Source of the DNA: Mytilus trossulus
Lineage: Eukaryota
NCBI RefSeq assembly: GCF_036588685.1
Contig: NC_086385.1
Span: forward strand, 9,176,001-9,240,000
Reading direction: 5' to 3'
Length of the DNA stretch: 64,000 nt
The translations under genes and the position numbers were made by a program. Under the pieces are notes generated by a model, which saw only the letters and a list, made by a program, of their open reading frames with translations, was not told where the DNA came from and did no database searches. Below are positions 35,806 to 50,245 of this stretch, in pieces; the first letter of the stretch is position 1; every line of letters starts with the position of its first letter.

Positions 35806-37477
35806 ATAGACTTTATTAAAAAACGAATTTAATCCAGACATTTATTTCGAGCATTTGACCTATTTATTGAAATATAAATCTGAATTTTTATATATTAACT
35901 ACATTTTGGTTAAAAATATTTTTTAGTAATTCAATGTACATCGACATATTAGTACTTTTCTACCTGTAAAAGATATTGTCTTTTAGCTGAATTTGAACCA
36001 AAGTATCCTTACTAGTGAGGACAAGCACATACATGCAACATTTTATCAAATATAATCGATATTTTAGCGACAACAACTATTGAATGAACGAAATGACATC
36101 TTTTAGAGTTTTGCATTTGTAGATACATAACACCTGACAATAGTCAATATTTTATTTAGTTAGTCTGTCTTAAAGACCTTCTGTGATCCTTTTGTTGTCA
36201 AACAGCATATATAAATTTTAACGTAAACAAAAGTGTGTATTACAAAAAGGCGTCTGCTTATATAAAAAAAATATCGGAGGTTAAACATGCAACAAATTTG
36301 CTAAATATATTTTGAATTGTCTTTATTTTGAATAGTCTTTATTTTGACTTCAGCAGCCTTAACGTAAGATACATTTGTGACAAACTAAAAACATATCAGA
36401 TCGAATAAAAATAATATTGTATTTATTGAACAAATAAATGCATTGCAAGCAATTAGATTTTTTCAACCTATAATAATTTTAGGAAAAAATGATTTTCAGA
36501 TTGTTGTCTTACACGTTATTAGGAGCTTTCGATTAAGTATAAATTTAATTAGGGAATATATATCTCACGTATGAATAGCAATCATAACATATTTTTGTGT
36601 AACAACAAAGTTTTTTGTATTTTTCGGTAATTTAATGGGGTACCCAACACTGTACTTCACAAAAAGCCTGTGGTATAATTTTAATGTTTTTCTCTCATTT
36701 ATAAACTAGGCCAAGCTTAACATTTTGTATACATTTTAAAATATTTTAACCGTTGCTTTAAAAGTTTAGGCAACTCAAATATGACATCTTTTACTAATAT
36801 CGGCCAAATTTGGAAGTTTCAGAAACATGGGTATGAGGGTATATATATGTTGATTTTATCCTATTAATTCTATATTTACAATATCATACTAAATCATGAC
36901 CACTTAGGCAAACATCAGTACACTGAAAACCTTTACTTAATATCTTTTTTTATTCTAGATTTGAAAAAAAAATCCGAACTAAAGCAGAGGGTATCAAAGT
37001 CTGCCCCGAAAAGTGAATGCAATTATCATTTATAGAAGAAATTAAATTAAACAAAAATTATGTGAAGTTTCATTTTTTTTTTAAACTTATCATTTGGTTG
37101 TTCTTTAAATATTGTGTAAACAGAATTATCACAAGCTTCAGGTAAGATCACTTGCTCTTTTTTTCTTTCTTAGTAAAAACTCAGACAAAAATTGGTGTTA
37201 TAAATTACAAACAGCAGTATTCAGGAAGCCATTATTATACAACAAACAGTTGTTTTGATGTATATTTTTGTAAGATCATGTAACCTTCCATCGTTTCTCA
37301 TTTGCACTAAAGATTGTTCATTAGGTTAACAGATGTTCAACTATCATTTAGTATTTTTTATATATTTGTTTTCAAGTGACTATGCATGAGTTGCTTCAAA
37401 TAAGTTTTGTTTGTTTCGTATTCAAATGATAACATGGATAAAAAAAGACTTCCATTTAAAAGTGATGTTGTGATTAT

Positions 37478-37642
37478 TTATCAAAGGAACCAGGATTATA
37501 ATTGAATACGCCACATCAGTGAGGCTCATATCAAAAAATTTATAAAGCCAATATATTTGATATTTATGTCAACACCTAAGAGCTGACTACTGGGCTTGTG
37601 ATACCGTCGGGGACGAAATGTCCACCAACAGTTGCATCGACT
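37478..37642 (-). mobile_element. Family A retrozyme derivative with deleted hammerhead core
   Basis: Reverse complement contains the 5' structured motif and CTCACTGATG|TGGCGTATTCAATTATAATCCTGGTTCCTTTGATA. Located just upstream of lectin coding exon 1. Confidence 0.75.
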
Positions 37643-37745
37643 GTAAGTGTGTTTCTTATGAGTATGTGTTCTTTAAGGCATTTATAACGAGGCAATTATA
37701 AACTCTTCTATTATTTTATAGGGTTCCAATTGATAGAGAACTGAG

Positions 37746-40700
37746 ATGAGATTTGTTCTATTTTTCACGTCATGTCTTTTGACATTCAAATGTGCATCTA
37801 CAGGTAAACTGAACACTTATAGAATGATGTCAATTTGTTTGTTTATTTGTGTGTGTGGTGTTTGGTTGAAAAAATGTACATTGTCGCGTACATTCCATTC
37901 ATTTATCAGTTCGAATAGGCGTTGTCACTGGACGTTGTTGTACCCTTTATTGCCGTCATCAATACTTCGATCAAAAGTTCTATCCATGATATCAACAAAT
38001 GATTTCGTAATAAAATCAAATTTTTTAATTAAGATATGAATGTATTTCCCCTCATAAATGTATCTTATAAGAAGATAGTTACATGTATGTTATAGGTATT
38101 TTTCAACCTGATAAAAAGGTATCTTCAAACATGAACAATTAGTTGATTTAATCTTTAAGAGGGCATAAAGTAGCTACAAAGTTTAAACCGTACGAAATAT
38201 CAAATAGAAGGTGAACATTCTGGAGAATTTACATTTCAAAAGCAGCTCGTTTGTTCCTTCAAAATAGGAAAAAATATAACAATAACATATTTCATCAGGA
38301 ACATTTATTTGAGTATGAATCGCAAATAATTTAAAAGATAAGACAAATGCTTTATATAGATATAGGAAGATGTGGTATGAGTGCCAATGAGACAACTCTC
38401 TATCCAAGTAACAATTTATAAAAGTATTAGGTCAAGGTACGGTCTTCAATACGGAGCCTTGGCTCACATCGAATATCAAGATATAAAGGGCCCGAACAAG
38501 TACTAGTGATAAACCATTCAAACGGAAAAAAACAACGGTCTTATCTTTATATTTATATCTATGTCTGGCAAATATTCATTTTGCTTTCTTCTTTTTGTGT
38601 TTTATCGAGTGTATCTAAATGCATGGGAAAAGTACAATGTATACTTGTCATGCGTCTGAGGTGCTGTTTTCGATTTACTTTCATTAAGAACGTTCAAACT
38701 AACAAATATGAAAGTTCAATATGTATTAGATTTATACATCTGATATCTGACATGTCATTCTAATTAAGTACATGCTAGTAGTTTCAAAATATGATATACT
38801 TTCCGGTGCCCTACTTAATATTAAATTTATTGCTTTATTTATTTTTTGGTGCATTTTGTTATGAATGTATTGCTTTTATGTCGATAGTATTGTTACATGT
38901 ATGCTTTTTTATATTTGTAGAGCAATGCATTTCCCCTTATCGTCGAATAGGCAACGGATGTTTTATTATAATAAACGATACTGTTTCTGGTGATGCTGCT
39001 TTCGTAAGTTATTTTATGGAGAAAACGAAATAAAAATATCTACAAGGCCAAGATACTGTATTCAAATAAAGAACTGTAAATCTTGAAAATGTTTGACGTA
39101 TAACTAAATTTCTTCGTTCACTTCAACTAGGTATAAATAAATCAAATACGACTACTTTTTCTTACGTTCATATATCATGTTTATGACTTAATGTTGACTA
39201 GTGTATCCTTAATAGTGACATTTCTACGTATTGTGTCTGTTTGTTTTGTTCGGGTATTGTTGTCAATATAAAAGAATTTGATGCGACTGTCATATAAGAG
39301 AGAGGTTTAGCTAGCTATAAAAACAACTTCAATCCACTTTTCTACGTAAGAAAATGTATGTACCAAGTCAAGAATATAACAGTTATTATCCATCCGTTTG
39401 ATGTGTATTACGTTTTGATTTTGCTATTTCATTACGGACTTTCCTTTTAAAATTTTCTTCGGACCTCGGTATTTGTGTGATTCTACCTTTCCCGTTAAGT
39501 CGTCTACATACGGTACAAGTACATGTTATGCAAATTAATACAACCAACTAAAACGTCAATAGCTGACTAAATTTACTGCGGTTCTATGGTAAAAACATTT
39601 CTCATAAAACCACGTAATACAAAAGTTACAGAAAAGTTGAAACATGCATACAAGATATAGATCAATACATAAATGAAAATAGGTAAAAAAAGAAAATACA
39701 AGATGAAAAGCTTCCTGATAAACGGATCTTTTCTTGCTGTTATTATTCTTTTAAGAAAATAAATAACTTTTTTGTAGTGCAATTACACCTATTTATCGCT
39801 GTTCATTTTTATGTTGCAGGCAAAATGTTTACACCGTGGTGACAACCTGGCGACCTTTGACACCCTAGGTGAAGCGATGTTGATGAAGTTCGAACTCTTA
39901 AAAATGAAGACAGGTAAGGGAGCTGCCATTTGATTTTAAGGTGGGGGGACTGGGATGAAATTTTAAAAAAGTCAGGACGAGATACTTTGCCAAAAAATTC
40001 AGGATGAGACACTTTGTAAAAAAGCAGGATAAGACACTTTTCAAAAAAAGGCAGGACGAGACACTTTGCAAAATAGACAAGATGAGACACTTTTTTTCAA
40101 AAAGAAAGGCAAGAGGAGACACTTTTGCAAATAATAGCTAGGATGACAATTTAAGTAAAAAAAACGTCAGGATCAACTTAAAAAAATTGAGTGAAACAAA
40201 AAAGGTAGGACAGACATTACAACTTAAAAAAGAATGCATAACAACGTTTACATCTTATCCCCTCTATAAAAGTTAAATGGTAGCTCCCTAAACTAAATAT
40301 ACAATTATAAATGAACGAAAATTACTGATCAATCAAAATTCTATAAGAGAATGTCAGTTAAGGTAACACGATACCGAATGGCATATCTCCCGATTTCCAA
40401 ACTTTTTGGCACACGTGTTCTTTGAATCGAGTTACATCGGAATATGTAATAAAAAATGGGGGTCACCATTTTTGTTTTCTTGGTATTTTCATAAGAAAAC
40501 GTCAATTTTGGCGACAAATTTACTTAGGTATATAGGGAAAATGGCTATTTTTCGGCTTACTTTTTTATATTTTCCAATGGATGGCTATATAGATATAGGA
40601 AGATGTGGTGTGAGTGCCAATGAGACAACTCTCCATCCAAATAACAATTTAAAAATTAAACCATTATAGGTTAAAGTACGGCCTTCAACACGGAGCCTTG

Positions 40701-43107
40701 GCTCACACCGAACAACAAGCTATAAAGGGCCCCAAAATTACTAGTGTAAAACCATTCAAACGGGAAAACCAACGGTCTAATCTATATAAACAAAACGAGA
40801 AACGAGAAACACGTATATACTACATAAACAAACGACAACTACTGTACATCAGATTCCTGACTTAGGACAGGTGCAAACATTTGCAGCGGGATTAAACGTT
40901 TTAATGGGCCCAAACCTTCTCCCTTTTTCTGAAACAATAGCATAACATCACAACATATAAAAACATACGATAAAATATCAATTAGCAGACTTAACTCAAT
41001 CAAAAAACGTATGATTACACAAAGATATACGGAGAAAAACAAAAAACTAACATAATATCCAGGATTGCATACTGAATCCATACACGTATAGAAACTTATA
41101 TGTCACCATCCTTATTTTTGAGATAAATGACTTCAAAGTTGATTGATACCCTTAGAATTTGGCCGAAAACGTGTGACGTTATTGAATACAGAATGTAACG
41201 TTATTCCTACTCAGAGAAATGGAAAACAAAATATGTGTCGGAATCTGAATGACCGTGATTATTTTATTTTCATTTCCCCTGTCGGGGGTCGTAAATTTCC
41301 TAGTAATGCAATAATGAAATATTTCGTCCCGCTCATAGAAATTTCATTCAAATGAATTGAAATTAATTTTGTCTGATTTTCACACCAAACGAGCATATTG
41401 TATTTCAGTGGGTGTGGTTTGTTTATGTCTGTTTCCCGGCCGTTATTGAAATTCTTGGTTATTATTTGTATATTCCATAGGCATACTGAATGTTTTACGG
41501 AGGGGACCAACCTAGTTTATGTGTTACATATTTGTTTTTCGTTCATAGTTATATATAAATAAGGCCGTTAGTTTTCTCGTTTGAATTGTTTTACATTGTC
41601 ATTTTGGGGCCTTTTATAGCTGACTATGCGGTATGGGCTTTTCTCATTATTAAAGGCCGTACGATGACCTATAGTTGTTATTGTTTGTGTCATTTAGGTC
41701 TCTTGGGAGTGTTGTCTCATTGGCAGTCATACCACATCTTCTTTTTAATATATACTTCAAACTTGCTTGAACTGGTTGGTTCCACGTGAATCTTATAATA
41801 TACTAGTTCATGAATAAATCTATGTCAAATAAGTTAACTGTTACATATTGCATCAAAACTCTTGGCACTCTGCACCTAGAAAAAGTTTCCGTTAAAAATG
41901 TCACATAGTTACCAAAAATATTTTTTGTATTATTTGAAATCTCTTTGTGTGCGAACGTTATTCGATAACGTCAGGAACGATAACTCGTGGCGTAACGTCA
42001 TTCGTTATCGTGTTACCTTAAAGCGAATACCTGTATCTCTATTTACCCACAACTAAAATGTGTAATAAATAAGCTAAATATAAACCCAGAAGTTAGTAAC
42101 GGGTAAGAAACTAATAAAAGAATGGCATGAAAAAAAAGGCAACAGATGACAAAAAATAAACAAATTTAGCCATATTTGGCACATTGTTTTGGAATTTTGG
42201 ATCGCAATTCTCTTCAACTTTGGACTTGTTTGGCTTTATAACTTGTTAGATATGAACGTCACTGATGTGGCGTATTAAATTATAATATTGATACCTTTGA
42301 TAACTAATCACAACATAACTTGTAAATCGGCTGTATAATTATTTCGATCTGAGCGTCACTAATGAGTCTTGTGTATACGACAACACGTGCGTCTGGCGTA
42401 TTAAATTATAATCCTGATACCTTTAATAGTGATTTACAAAATAATAAACACTTACAAAAATGAACCCCACTAGCTTTGTTTTGTGTTATTTAATATAAAA
42501 ACAAAGGATATGAGATAGCCATATATATGGCACAAAATCAGTACAATCACAGTCAAAATTACATCAAAATCAAAGTCATAATGCTTTCGTTGCTTTTCTT
42601 AATCTCAAAAACACAGTGATGCCTTCAACCTGGTTCTAAAAACTTTGAAACTAAATGTTGACTAAATGTTATAACTTCTGGAAAAAACGCCTGAAAACGC
42701 CTGAACAATTATTATTTTGCAAAGAGAAAACTATCAGAAAGATAGATTAACAAGTATAAAGGTGTTCCTGATCAGATATCGTGAAAAATCAAAATGTTAG
42801 AGGTAGATTACATATGTACACTATACTTGTGTTGTATTTTTTTTTCTCAGGTGTACACTATTATGTCGGTGGACGTAACATCAACAGATATACGCCTGGG
42901 GGTGATTGGAGATGGATTAAGCATAATGGAGATATGGTCAAAATGACTTACTTTGCTTTTGATAACGGGGAACCCAATGGATCACTAAAAGCACCACAAG
43001 ATTGTATGTTTTTCTATGCAGCTAGAAAGTACTCGTTCCATGCCGTCTGGTGCGACCATGGTGGCTTGCTTGGCGGTTACATTTGCCAAAGACATGTTAA
43101 TATATAG
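37746..43107 (+). CDS. Secreted single-domain C-type lectin (perlucin-like, long-form CTLD), 163 aa; exons 37746-37803, 38921-39003, 39820-39913, 42851-43107
   Basis: GT-AG introns in phases 1, 0, 1; exons total 492 nt with an open frame. MRFVLFFTSCLLTFKCAST(signal)-EQCISPYRRIGNGCFIIINDTVSGDAAF-AKCLHRGDNLATFDTLGEAMLMKFELLKMKT-GVHYYVGGRNINRYTPGGDWRWIKHNGDMVKMTYFAFDNGEPNGSLKAPQDCMFFYAARKYSFHAVWCDHGGLLGGYICQRHVNI. Six CTLD cysteines, YVGG (WIGL-equivalent), WRW and EPN. Confidence 0.92.
39918..40288. mobile_element. PIF/Harbinger-like MITE with TAA TSD and internal ~29-bp repeats, at the lectin exon 3 donor
   Basis: TAA|GGGAGCTGCCATTTGATTTT ... AAAGTTAAATGGTAGCTCCC|TAA; internal CAGGA(C/T)GAGACACTTT repeats. 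Confidence 0.85.
42168..42428 (+). mobile_element. Two adjacent family A retrozyme fragments in lectin intron 3
   Basis: 42255 GAACGTCACTGATG|TGGCGTATT (core-deleted) and 42347 GATCTGAGCGTCACTAATGAGTCTTGTGTATACGACAACACGTGCGTCTGGCG (degenerate core). Confidence 0.75.
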
Positions 43108-43188
43108 ATTTTCCAATACTTTGTAGAACATTTCAGGCCAATGTATGTGTAACTAGCTTATTAAAAATCACTTAAACTTGTAATATTA

Positions 43189-43194
43189 AATAAA
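43189..43194 (+). promoter_or_regulatory. Candidate polyadenylation signal of the C-type lectin gene
   Basis: AATAAA ~80 nt after the stop codon; weak evidence in AT-rich DNA. Confidence 0.4.
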
Positions 43195-43636
43195 ATTAGA
43201 CAATATGGTAAATAACTTTGGATTGTTCAGTGCCATTCTTTGTACGAATTAGAAGTATTTAAAAAGAATAATTGGAAGAAGGGTTGAATAAACTCTACCC
43301 TTCAGTCTAACAATACATTTATCATAGGTACCATCGTATTAACGCTAGACATGCGTTTCGTCTACAAAAGATTTATCAGTGACGCTTGAATCAATTAAGT
43401 TAAAAAGACTACAAAACATACCGTGAGGTCAGCTATAAAAGGCTCTGACATATCAATTGTGAAATTATTCAATTGTGAACACAAATAACATAGTTTATAA
43501 CCAAAAAATAGCAAAAAAAATGTGAGAAACATGAACCAATGACAACATCCCAGTTAAATGCTCCGGACATAGGAAAGGTACATTAAGATTTGGGATATTT
43601 AAAAATGTTCGTGAGCGCTCAACCCTCCCCTAACAA

Positions 43637-44410
43637 GCTTTTAAAAAACGATTACAGCGTGTCCAAAACACTGCCGCAAAATTAATAACAAGAAAGAAGA
43701 AAAACGAACACGTAAGTCCAATCTTAAAATCTCTTCATTGGCTGCCGGTAGCATATCGATGCAAATACAAAGTGTTGCTTTATGTGTTTAAAGCTCTAAA
43801 ACAAGAAGCACCCGTGTACCTTCAAGATCTAGTTAACATTTACCAGCCAGCAAGAACTCTTCGGTCAGAAAACAACATGCTTTTAGTCAAACCAATAGTA
43901 AGAACAAAAACATACGGAGAGAGACGGTTTGATAGAGCGGCCGCCGTTTTATGGAATGACTTGCCGAAAGAATTGCGAAACACTGAATCTGTGAATGTTT
44001 TCAAGAAAGACATTAAAACATATTTATTCCGACAGGCTTTCCACATAATTAATACTCGGACAGTTGTAAACTTTTATTCGATCTCAGTTTATATACTTTA
44101 TATTTACACTTTTTAATTTACTTATTTTTTAAGACATTTTTCATACCTACTTTTTCCTTTTTATTTCCTTTACTCTTTTTATTTTTAGACATTAAAACTA
44201 TTAGTCATTTTTTTTAAAACTGAAGCACTCCTGTTGATTTGCTTTTAATACTTTTTTTTCAAAATTAGCTTATATTTTTTTCAAATCATTTTTTGATTTT
44301 TAGATTTGTTTATAGGTACTTGTTTCATTGTTTTTTATGTATTGTTAAGCGCTTAGAGTAAACGTTTATTTAGATAGGCGCTATATAAGCACTGTAAATA
44401 ATAATAATAA
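43637..44410 (+). mobile_element. 5'-truncated CR1/L2-group LINE (ORF2 C-terminus, 3' UTR and (TAA)n tail)
   Basis: RLQRVQNTAAKLITRKKKNEHVSPILKSLHWLPVAYRCKYKVLLYVFKALKQEAPVYLQDL...RTLRS...YGERRFDRAAAVLWNDLP...FKKDIKTYLF. The 3' end is AAGCGCT...GCGCTATATAAG then (AAT)n. Possible TSD TAACAA at 43631 and 44408. Confidence 0.9.
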
Positions 44411-45699
44411 CAAAATCCGTTTTAAAGAGCTTAACTCATGAGATTGGTACATAAAAAACCTAACAAAAACACAAACTAAACGTGCCAGGATATTTATACA
44501 TCTCTAACAACAAAAACAAGAACTAAATACAAATCTGAGAGTAATCGTAGATACTGCTAGTTAGTTCAAAGCCATTAACATCTAAAGAAAATTATAAAAT
44601 GACCTGCTTCTTTCGCTTTGTAAACAACACTGTGATGAAACACCCGATATATTTATACTTAGAGAAGACTCCGAGGTGTACATAATAATGACTGTAGAAA
44701 TATACTTCCCACGTAAATCCATATGTATTGAAACATATTTGCAAACCCTTTTCCGATTTTATTGGTTTTAAAAATTGCAATTAAAAAAGACAAAATTACT
44801 GTTATTCTTATTCGGATTCATAATAAAAAAGAAGTAATGCACAAGAGCTCGGAAAAACAAAAAAAAATCTAAATACAAAATCTGCGAAGTCTATTAATGT
44901 TTTTGGCGCATTTAAGTCATTTCAAAACATGACGTCATACAAATGAAAACAATAGAGTTGAAAGTTTTCTGTTACGTGAACCATTGCAATGTCGTTTACT
45001 ATTGTATAACAATATATTTTCTTTGTAGGTTTTGTTTGATTTTTCTCTTCTATTGCATTATTCGCATATTTATTGATTTCAGCAAGTCAATATGACGGCT
45101 CCTTAGTTACGAAATGTCAACTTTGGATTTAACGGTAGCTTACAAAAAAAAACTTGTGAATCAAAATGATAATTGCTGGTTTGGTGAAGGAAACAGATTT
45201 GTTTTCAGCAGTTGCTCACAAAATAATCCATGCAAGCTACAGATCTATAAGAATGATTGAGCTTTATCTAACAGGGAGTAAATAAGAACAGCCACACACA
45301 CAGCATACCCACCCTCGCTTCAGCTTTTTTAATGACCGTGTTTGTCCTATTAAAATCGAAATAATTCATGGACGCAATAGATTATTGGAAATTTACACAT
45401 GACCAGGGCCGTGATAATAGAATTTTATCCTAAGCGTTAGCGTTATTTCTTAAATGATTAAATATAAACCTTTTGTTATTTTTCTTTGTTCATTTATCTA
45501 GTCTAGTTTGTTGCCATAACGGTAATGTCGGACAACTAATAACATGTTCCCTTTACACCACAGGCTTTTTGATGTGACAAATTTCGATACCATTGAAAAG
45601 AAGTTAAAGTTGTGAGATAAAAAATAATAATAATAGACAAAGGTAAACATATCAATATTACAATGTACCTCAGGCAAAGACAGTGTTATGTCGATAATA

Positions 45700-45760
45700 A
45701 CATTAACGGTACCAATTTTCCTGCACTAGATGCGCATTTCGACAATACATGTCTCTTCAA
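45700..45760 (-). mobile_element. Truncated family B hammerhead copy
   Basis: Reverse complement reads TTGAAGA-GACA(TGTAT)TGTC-GAA-ATGCGCAT-C-TAGTGC; the stem I 5' strand is missing. Confidence 0.7.
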
Positions 45761-46733
45761 CTTATATCGATAATCGAAAAAAAGGGTCATAAGTTAATAG
45801 TTATCAAATACCATATATAATCTTCTAAGATCTTGTGCATAGTCAGTGTGATAAAATTTAGTAACGCTGTGATGTGCTCTTTCCAATGCAATATTAAAGT
45901 TCCCTCCCCCCCCCAAAAAAAAAGAAAGATTCGCCTTCAAGTAAAATCTTTTCATTAATTGATTCATCAGTGCTTTTTTACTATTTTGATCTGAGCGTCA
46001 CTGATGTGTCTTATATAGACAAAATTATACAATTATAATCCTGGTACTTTTGATAACTACTTTCCTTTATACAAAAAATATGAGAAAGAAAAAACAGGTC
46101 CACGATTGACACTAGTAAAAAATCTTCAAACTGTATCTAGAGATATTCCTCTTTTATCCAATATTCTATAAATCTAAAAAAAATATTGCTTGTTAGCAAC
46201 GAGGATGACATGTTAACGTGTACTTTTAAAAAGACACGTGACATATATTTGGGGTTGGAACATGTCCCTATCGACTATCTCAAATATTGGAAACTTGTTG
46301 TCGAAATGAACAATGCACTAATATGTTTCCACAACTCAAAAAGGATGCAAAAGCATATGTAAACCAGATTAAGTTACCTTGAAGTTCATAATCATAAACA
46401 GTCTGAACATTTACGTTGTGTGGTACCCCTTTCTTTCTGTTTACATAAGATACTTCGTCCTTTGATGCCACCGGCGTTTGCACATAAGTAAAATAATTGT
46501 ACAGCCACACATTTTGAAAATCCATAATAAAGATGACACAAAATTGGTCAATGCAACAAGTTATTTTTTTTTATTCAAGTTTTAGCATTGGTCCCATAAT
46601 TAAAAAAAAACCACGACACTGTTTCTTTGCCAAACCCATTTTATCATCAATTTTCTGTAGGGAAAAGAACGCTTTGCAATTCAACCCAGCTGCGTAAACT
46701 TCAATAAGGTTGAGTGTTAAGTAATTCTGTTAA

Positions 46734-47856
46734 AGGGATAATTCGCGATTTTTCTCTTTTCATCTTATTATGTTCATAATACCATAAAAAACATATTCGC
46801 CAAGTTTTATTTTATTATGAAATCAAATAAAGGAGAAAATTGGGAATTATTAATTTTATTTCTTGAAACTTCCTGACTTATGTGACGTAGTTTAAGTCTT
46901 TGATGCATGCCGGGAGTGAAAATATCTCATTTAAGTCTTGTTCGTTAACCATCTAATAACGCGATTTAAAGCGCATCGACGACTGTTGGTGTAGCTATTA
47001 ACCAACGAAAAATAGGTGATAGCCATGCAACTTTTAAAATTAGATCGTGTGGATATTTTGCAACGAATTTTAATAATAAAATTAATTCATACAATAGAAC
47101 ATTTTTATGATTTTTTCTACAAATACTTTAAACAAACATATGAATTGACATGATCAATAGTGTAATAAAAATACACGTTTGTGTTCTAACCTTTTTCCTC
47201 CATACCAGCAAACATTTTCACTTGCTTGTACGGTGGAAATAAAATGTGTATTGTTTTGTGACACCTAAAGAATGTTGAGTGCGTCGGTTAACTCAAGGTA
47301 ATTAAAGGAATAGCATTATGTAATTCTAATCCTTTGATCCTCATTCAGTGAAATCAAGATGTGGTTTATTGGCTTAAAGGTGTGAACAACATTTCGTATG
47401 AATTGAAAACGGGAGTCAGTCAAAGTTATAGACACAGAATTCAAGGACTTATAAAGACGTCCCTGCAGAAATGTAAAAAAAAATAATAATTAACGGGAAT
47501 AATAAGGTCGCACAATAACTGGATAGCTGTTGTGTATTTTTATATTTTGCATAAGCATTTAGATCACTTTTAAATGAATTATGACTTTTAATTAATTCAG
47601 TAACGATAAAATACTTAATTATTTTAATTGAAGTATAAATTCATAAATAAAAATAGCCTTCTAATCACGAGTGTATGAACTATAAATTGTACTATTTTAG
47701 ATTAGGATTGGCAGCCTCAAAATATTTCAAATCACAACGCACGAATACTTCAGATATTTGATAAAAAAAAATTAAAAAATTATCAGAAAATTTAAGAATC
47801 TTTTTGGAATGGAATCGAAATTTACGAACACAATTTATACATAATCGGGAATGTCC
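46734..47856. mobile_element. Possible 1.1-kb TTAA-flanked TIR element
   Basis: TTAA|AGGGATAATTCGCGATT ... AATCGGGAATGTCC|TTAA; imperfect TIR. Confidence 0.35.
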
Positions 47857-49479
47857 TTAACAAAATAGTCTTCGTCTCACACCGCAACTATATATAATAC
47901 TTTAGCTATTTGATCAACAATGTATAAAAAAACAGAACGAATTTAATGTCATCTTTTCATATTGTTTAATGTTATTATAAGTCTGTTTCAACTGGCAAGA
48001 ATACCCATAAAGCGGACAAGCGGTTTGTTCTTTAAATTGCTGTCATTGAATATCAAGAAAGAAAATAAATCCCGAAATTGATTTGAAACTTTGATACTCT
48101 ATAGTTTATTTACATCCCTTAGGGACTATTAGTGTACGTCCAGTTGCGTACATATAACATGCATGTCGGAACAATTGCGATGATGAAGAATTTCTTCCTT
48201 TATTCGAGAACAATCTAATTAATATATAAATGTCCATAACTTCGATGAGCCAAAGAAAGTTATATATCGACCTGTATTTAAATCTCTTCTTCTTCTTCTT
48301 TTGGTATACAATAGTCTTTCGACATTTGATGATTAAATACTGTTGGCATACGTGGACTAGTCTACTAACAAAACTTTTACTCCAATTTACACAAAATGTA
48401 TGTTTCTTTCTTATGTGCAATGTATACATGTATATCAGTATTTGAATTTGCGCTATAGTTCCGTAACTTTTCATCCTGGCGTATATACGAATGGTCGACA
48501 AGTGCGTACATTTTTTAAAATCAAATTTCTGGTTTGGTCCGATCTGTCCTTCACCATTGACAAAAAATATGTACATGTATATTTGGATCTTTATTTCATC
48601 AAATCTGTTGTTTATATTTAGGTACTATCTATATTTTTATAAATAATTTTCTTTACATCAGAAATGTTATTCATAAACAAGCGTATGAGTTTAGTAATGA
48701 CTAGTATATACTATCACTTTCGGACTCGCAAGATAGAGATGCATATTATTCACCTAATAGTTCAAAATGGAAAGTTATAAATTATCGGCCGTGTACACTG
48801 ATCAATACCATAAGAAGTGAAACGATGCATGGATTTGCAAGCTCGACAGGAAATCGCTTGAATACCTGGACGTGTCACACCCCCTGCAATACCTTAGGGA
48901 GTAATACCTTTAGCCATGCAGGTGATCAGTGGAGCGAAGATCCTAATTTATTTGAATAAAGTTTATTACATAAAAGAATTATGAACTAATTAGATTTCCG
49001 AAAACAATTCAAGTTTCACGGAACACTTATTTATGATTTGAAATTTTTACTTTTTAACTAATTGCAATATTATCATTATTGTTAAAAAATAACAGATCGT
49101 GGATATTAAAAAAAAGATAAGAAAATTTTCCGTATCAACTTAGTTATAGTTAACTAGTCGGATAACACAACCGTACGATTGACAAGATATCGACACGCAA
49201 TTACGACTACATCGGGTTACTGTAGTTTTGGTCCTTAGACATATCTTGGGTGCATTTTGGTGAAGGTAACAAAATGGCCGACCTCAGAGAATTGATACTC
49301 TAAATTTAAAATCGATGGTGATCTCTTATCTATCAGAATAAAACTTTAATATTCATGAATTTGAGCATTTTTATACAGAATGAACATAATATCAATTTTT
49401 GATTTTTTTGCGAAGTTTCCCTTTAAGCATGTCTTTCAAAAGATTGAAAAGGTATGCTTTAGAAGGTTTAACAAAATGA

Positions 49480-49663
49480 ACAGTACATAAGGCCTGTTTA
49501 AAGAGACCACGTAAGGGAGAGCAAAACTATGGTCTCTAAAGACAGGTGGTCTTTTAATAAATGTAATACTAATGAAATATACTACAAAGGGATCTAAAAT
49601 TGGTAGTGTTTTAACACAGGTTATTTTTAATACAGGTGGTATCTTGAGCAGGTTTGACTGTAT
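49480..49663. mobile_element. Degenerate Tc1/mariner-pogo-like MITE
   Basis: Right end CAGGTTTGACTG|TA with internal CAGGT repeats; left TIR degraded. Confidence 0.4.
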
Positions 49664-50031
49664 ATACACACTACACCTATCTCTTGTCACTTGAATGACA
49701 ATTTCTTCGTTATTCAATGCAATTTATGATTAACCTTTACACTGAAATATTACAATGTTTAGATTAACTAGAAATCAACAAGGTTTTTTTATAATAAAAA
49801 TGGAATTGTACATGCAGTCCGTATGTCCATGTGTTCCTATCTATAACAAAAATAAACTGGTCGCCAACGCGTAAAGGTATTTGTCTTTCCTGTTATATTT
49901 ATATATATATATTAGTATCGTTTTCAGTTCTTTAATTTCATAAATAGATTAAATAAAGTATTCATCTTAATGTAATCAATTCGATCATGAATTAAGTTTG
50001 TTATTGAAATGTATATTTTTTTTATTTATTT

Positions 50032-50245
50032 TTTGATAACTTTTTACACCACTTGGTCGATACCACTGCTGTTGGACGTTTCGTCCCCGAGGGTATCACC
50101 ACTCAGTAGTCAACACTTCGGTGTTGACATGAATATCATATATATTGGCTTTTTAACAAAACTTTGAATTTTTCTTTTAAACTGTGTTGATATGAGCGTC
50201 CCTGATGTGGCGTATTAAATTATAATCCTGGTTCCTTTGATAAAT
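50032..50245 (+). mobile_element. Family A retrozyme derivative with deleted hammerhead core
   Basis: Contains TGGACGTTTCGTCCCCGAGGGTATCACC and GTCAACACTTCGGTGTTGAC, then GAGCGTCCCTGATG|TGGCGTATT. Confidence 0.8.
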
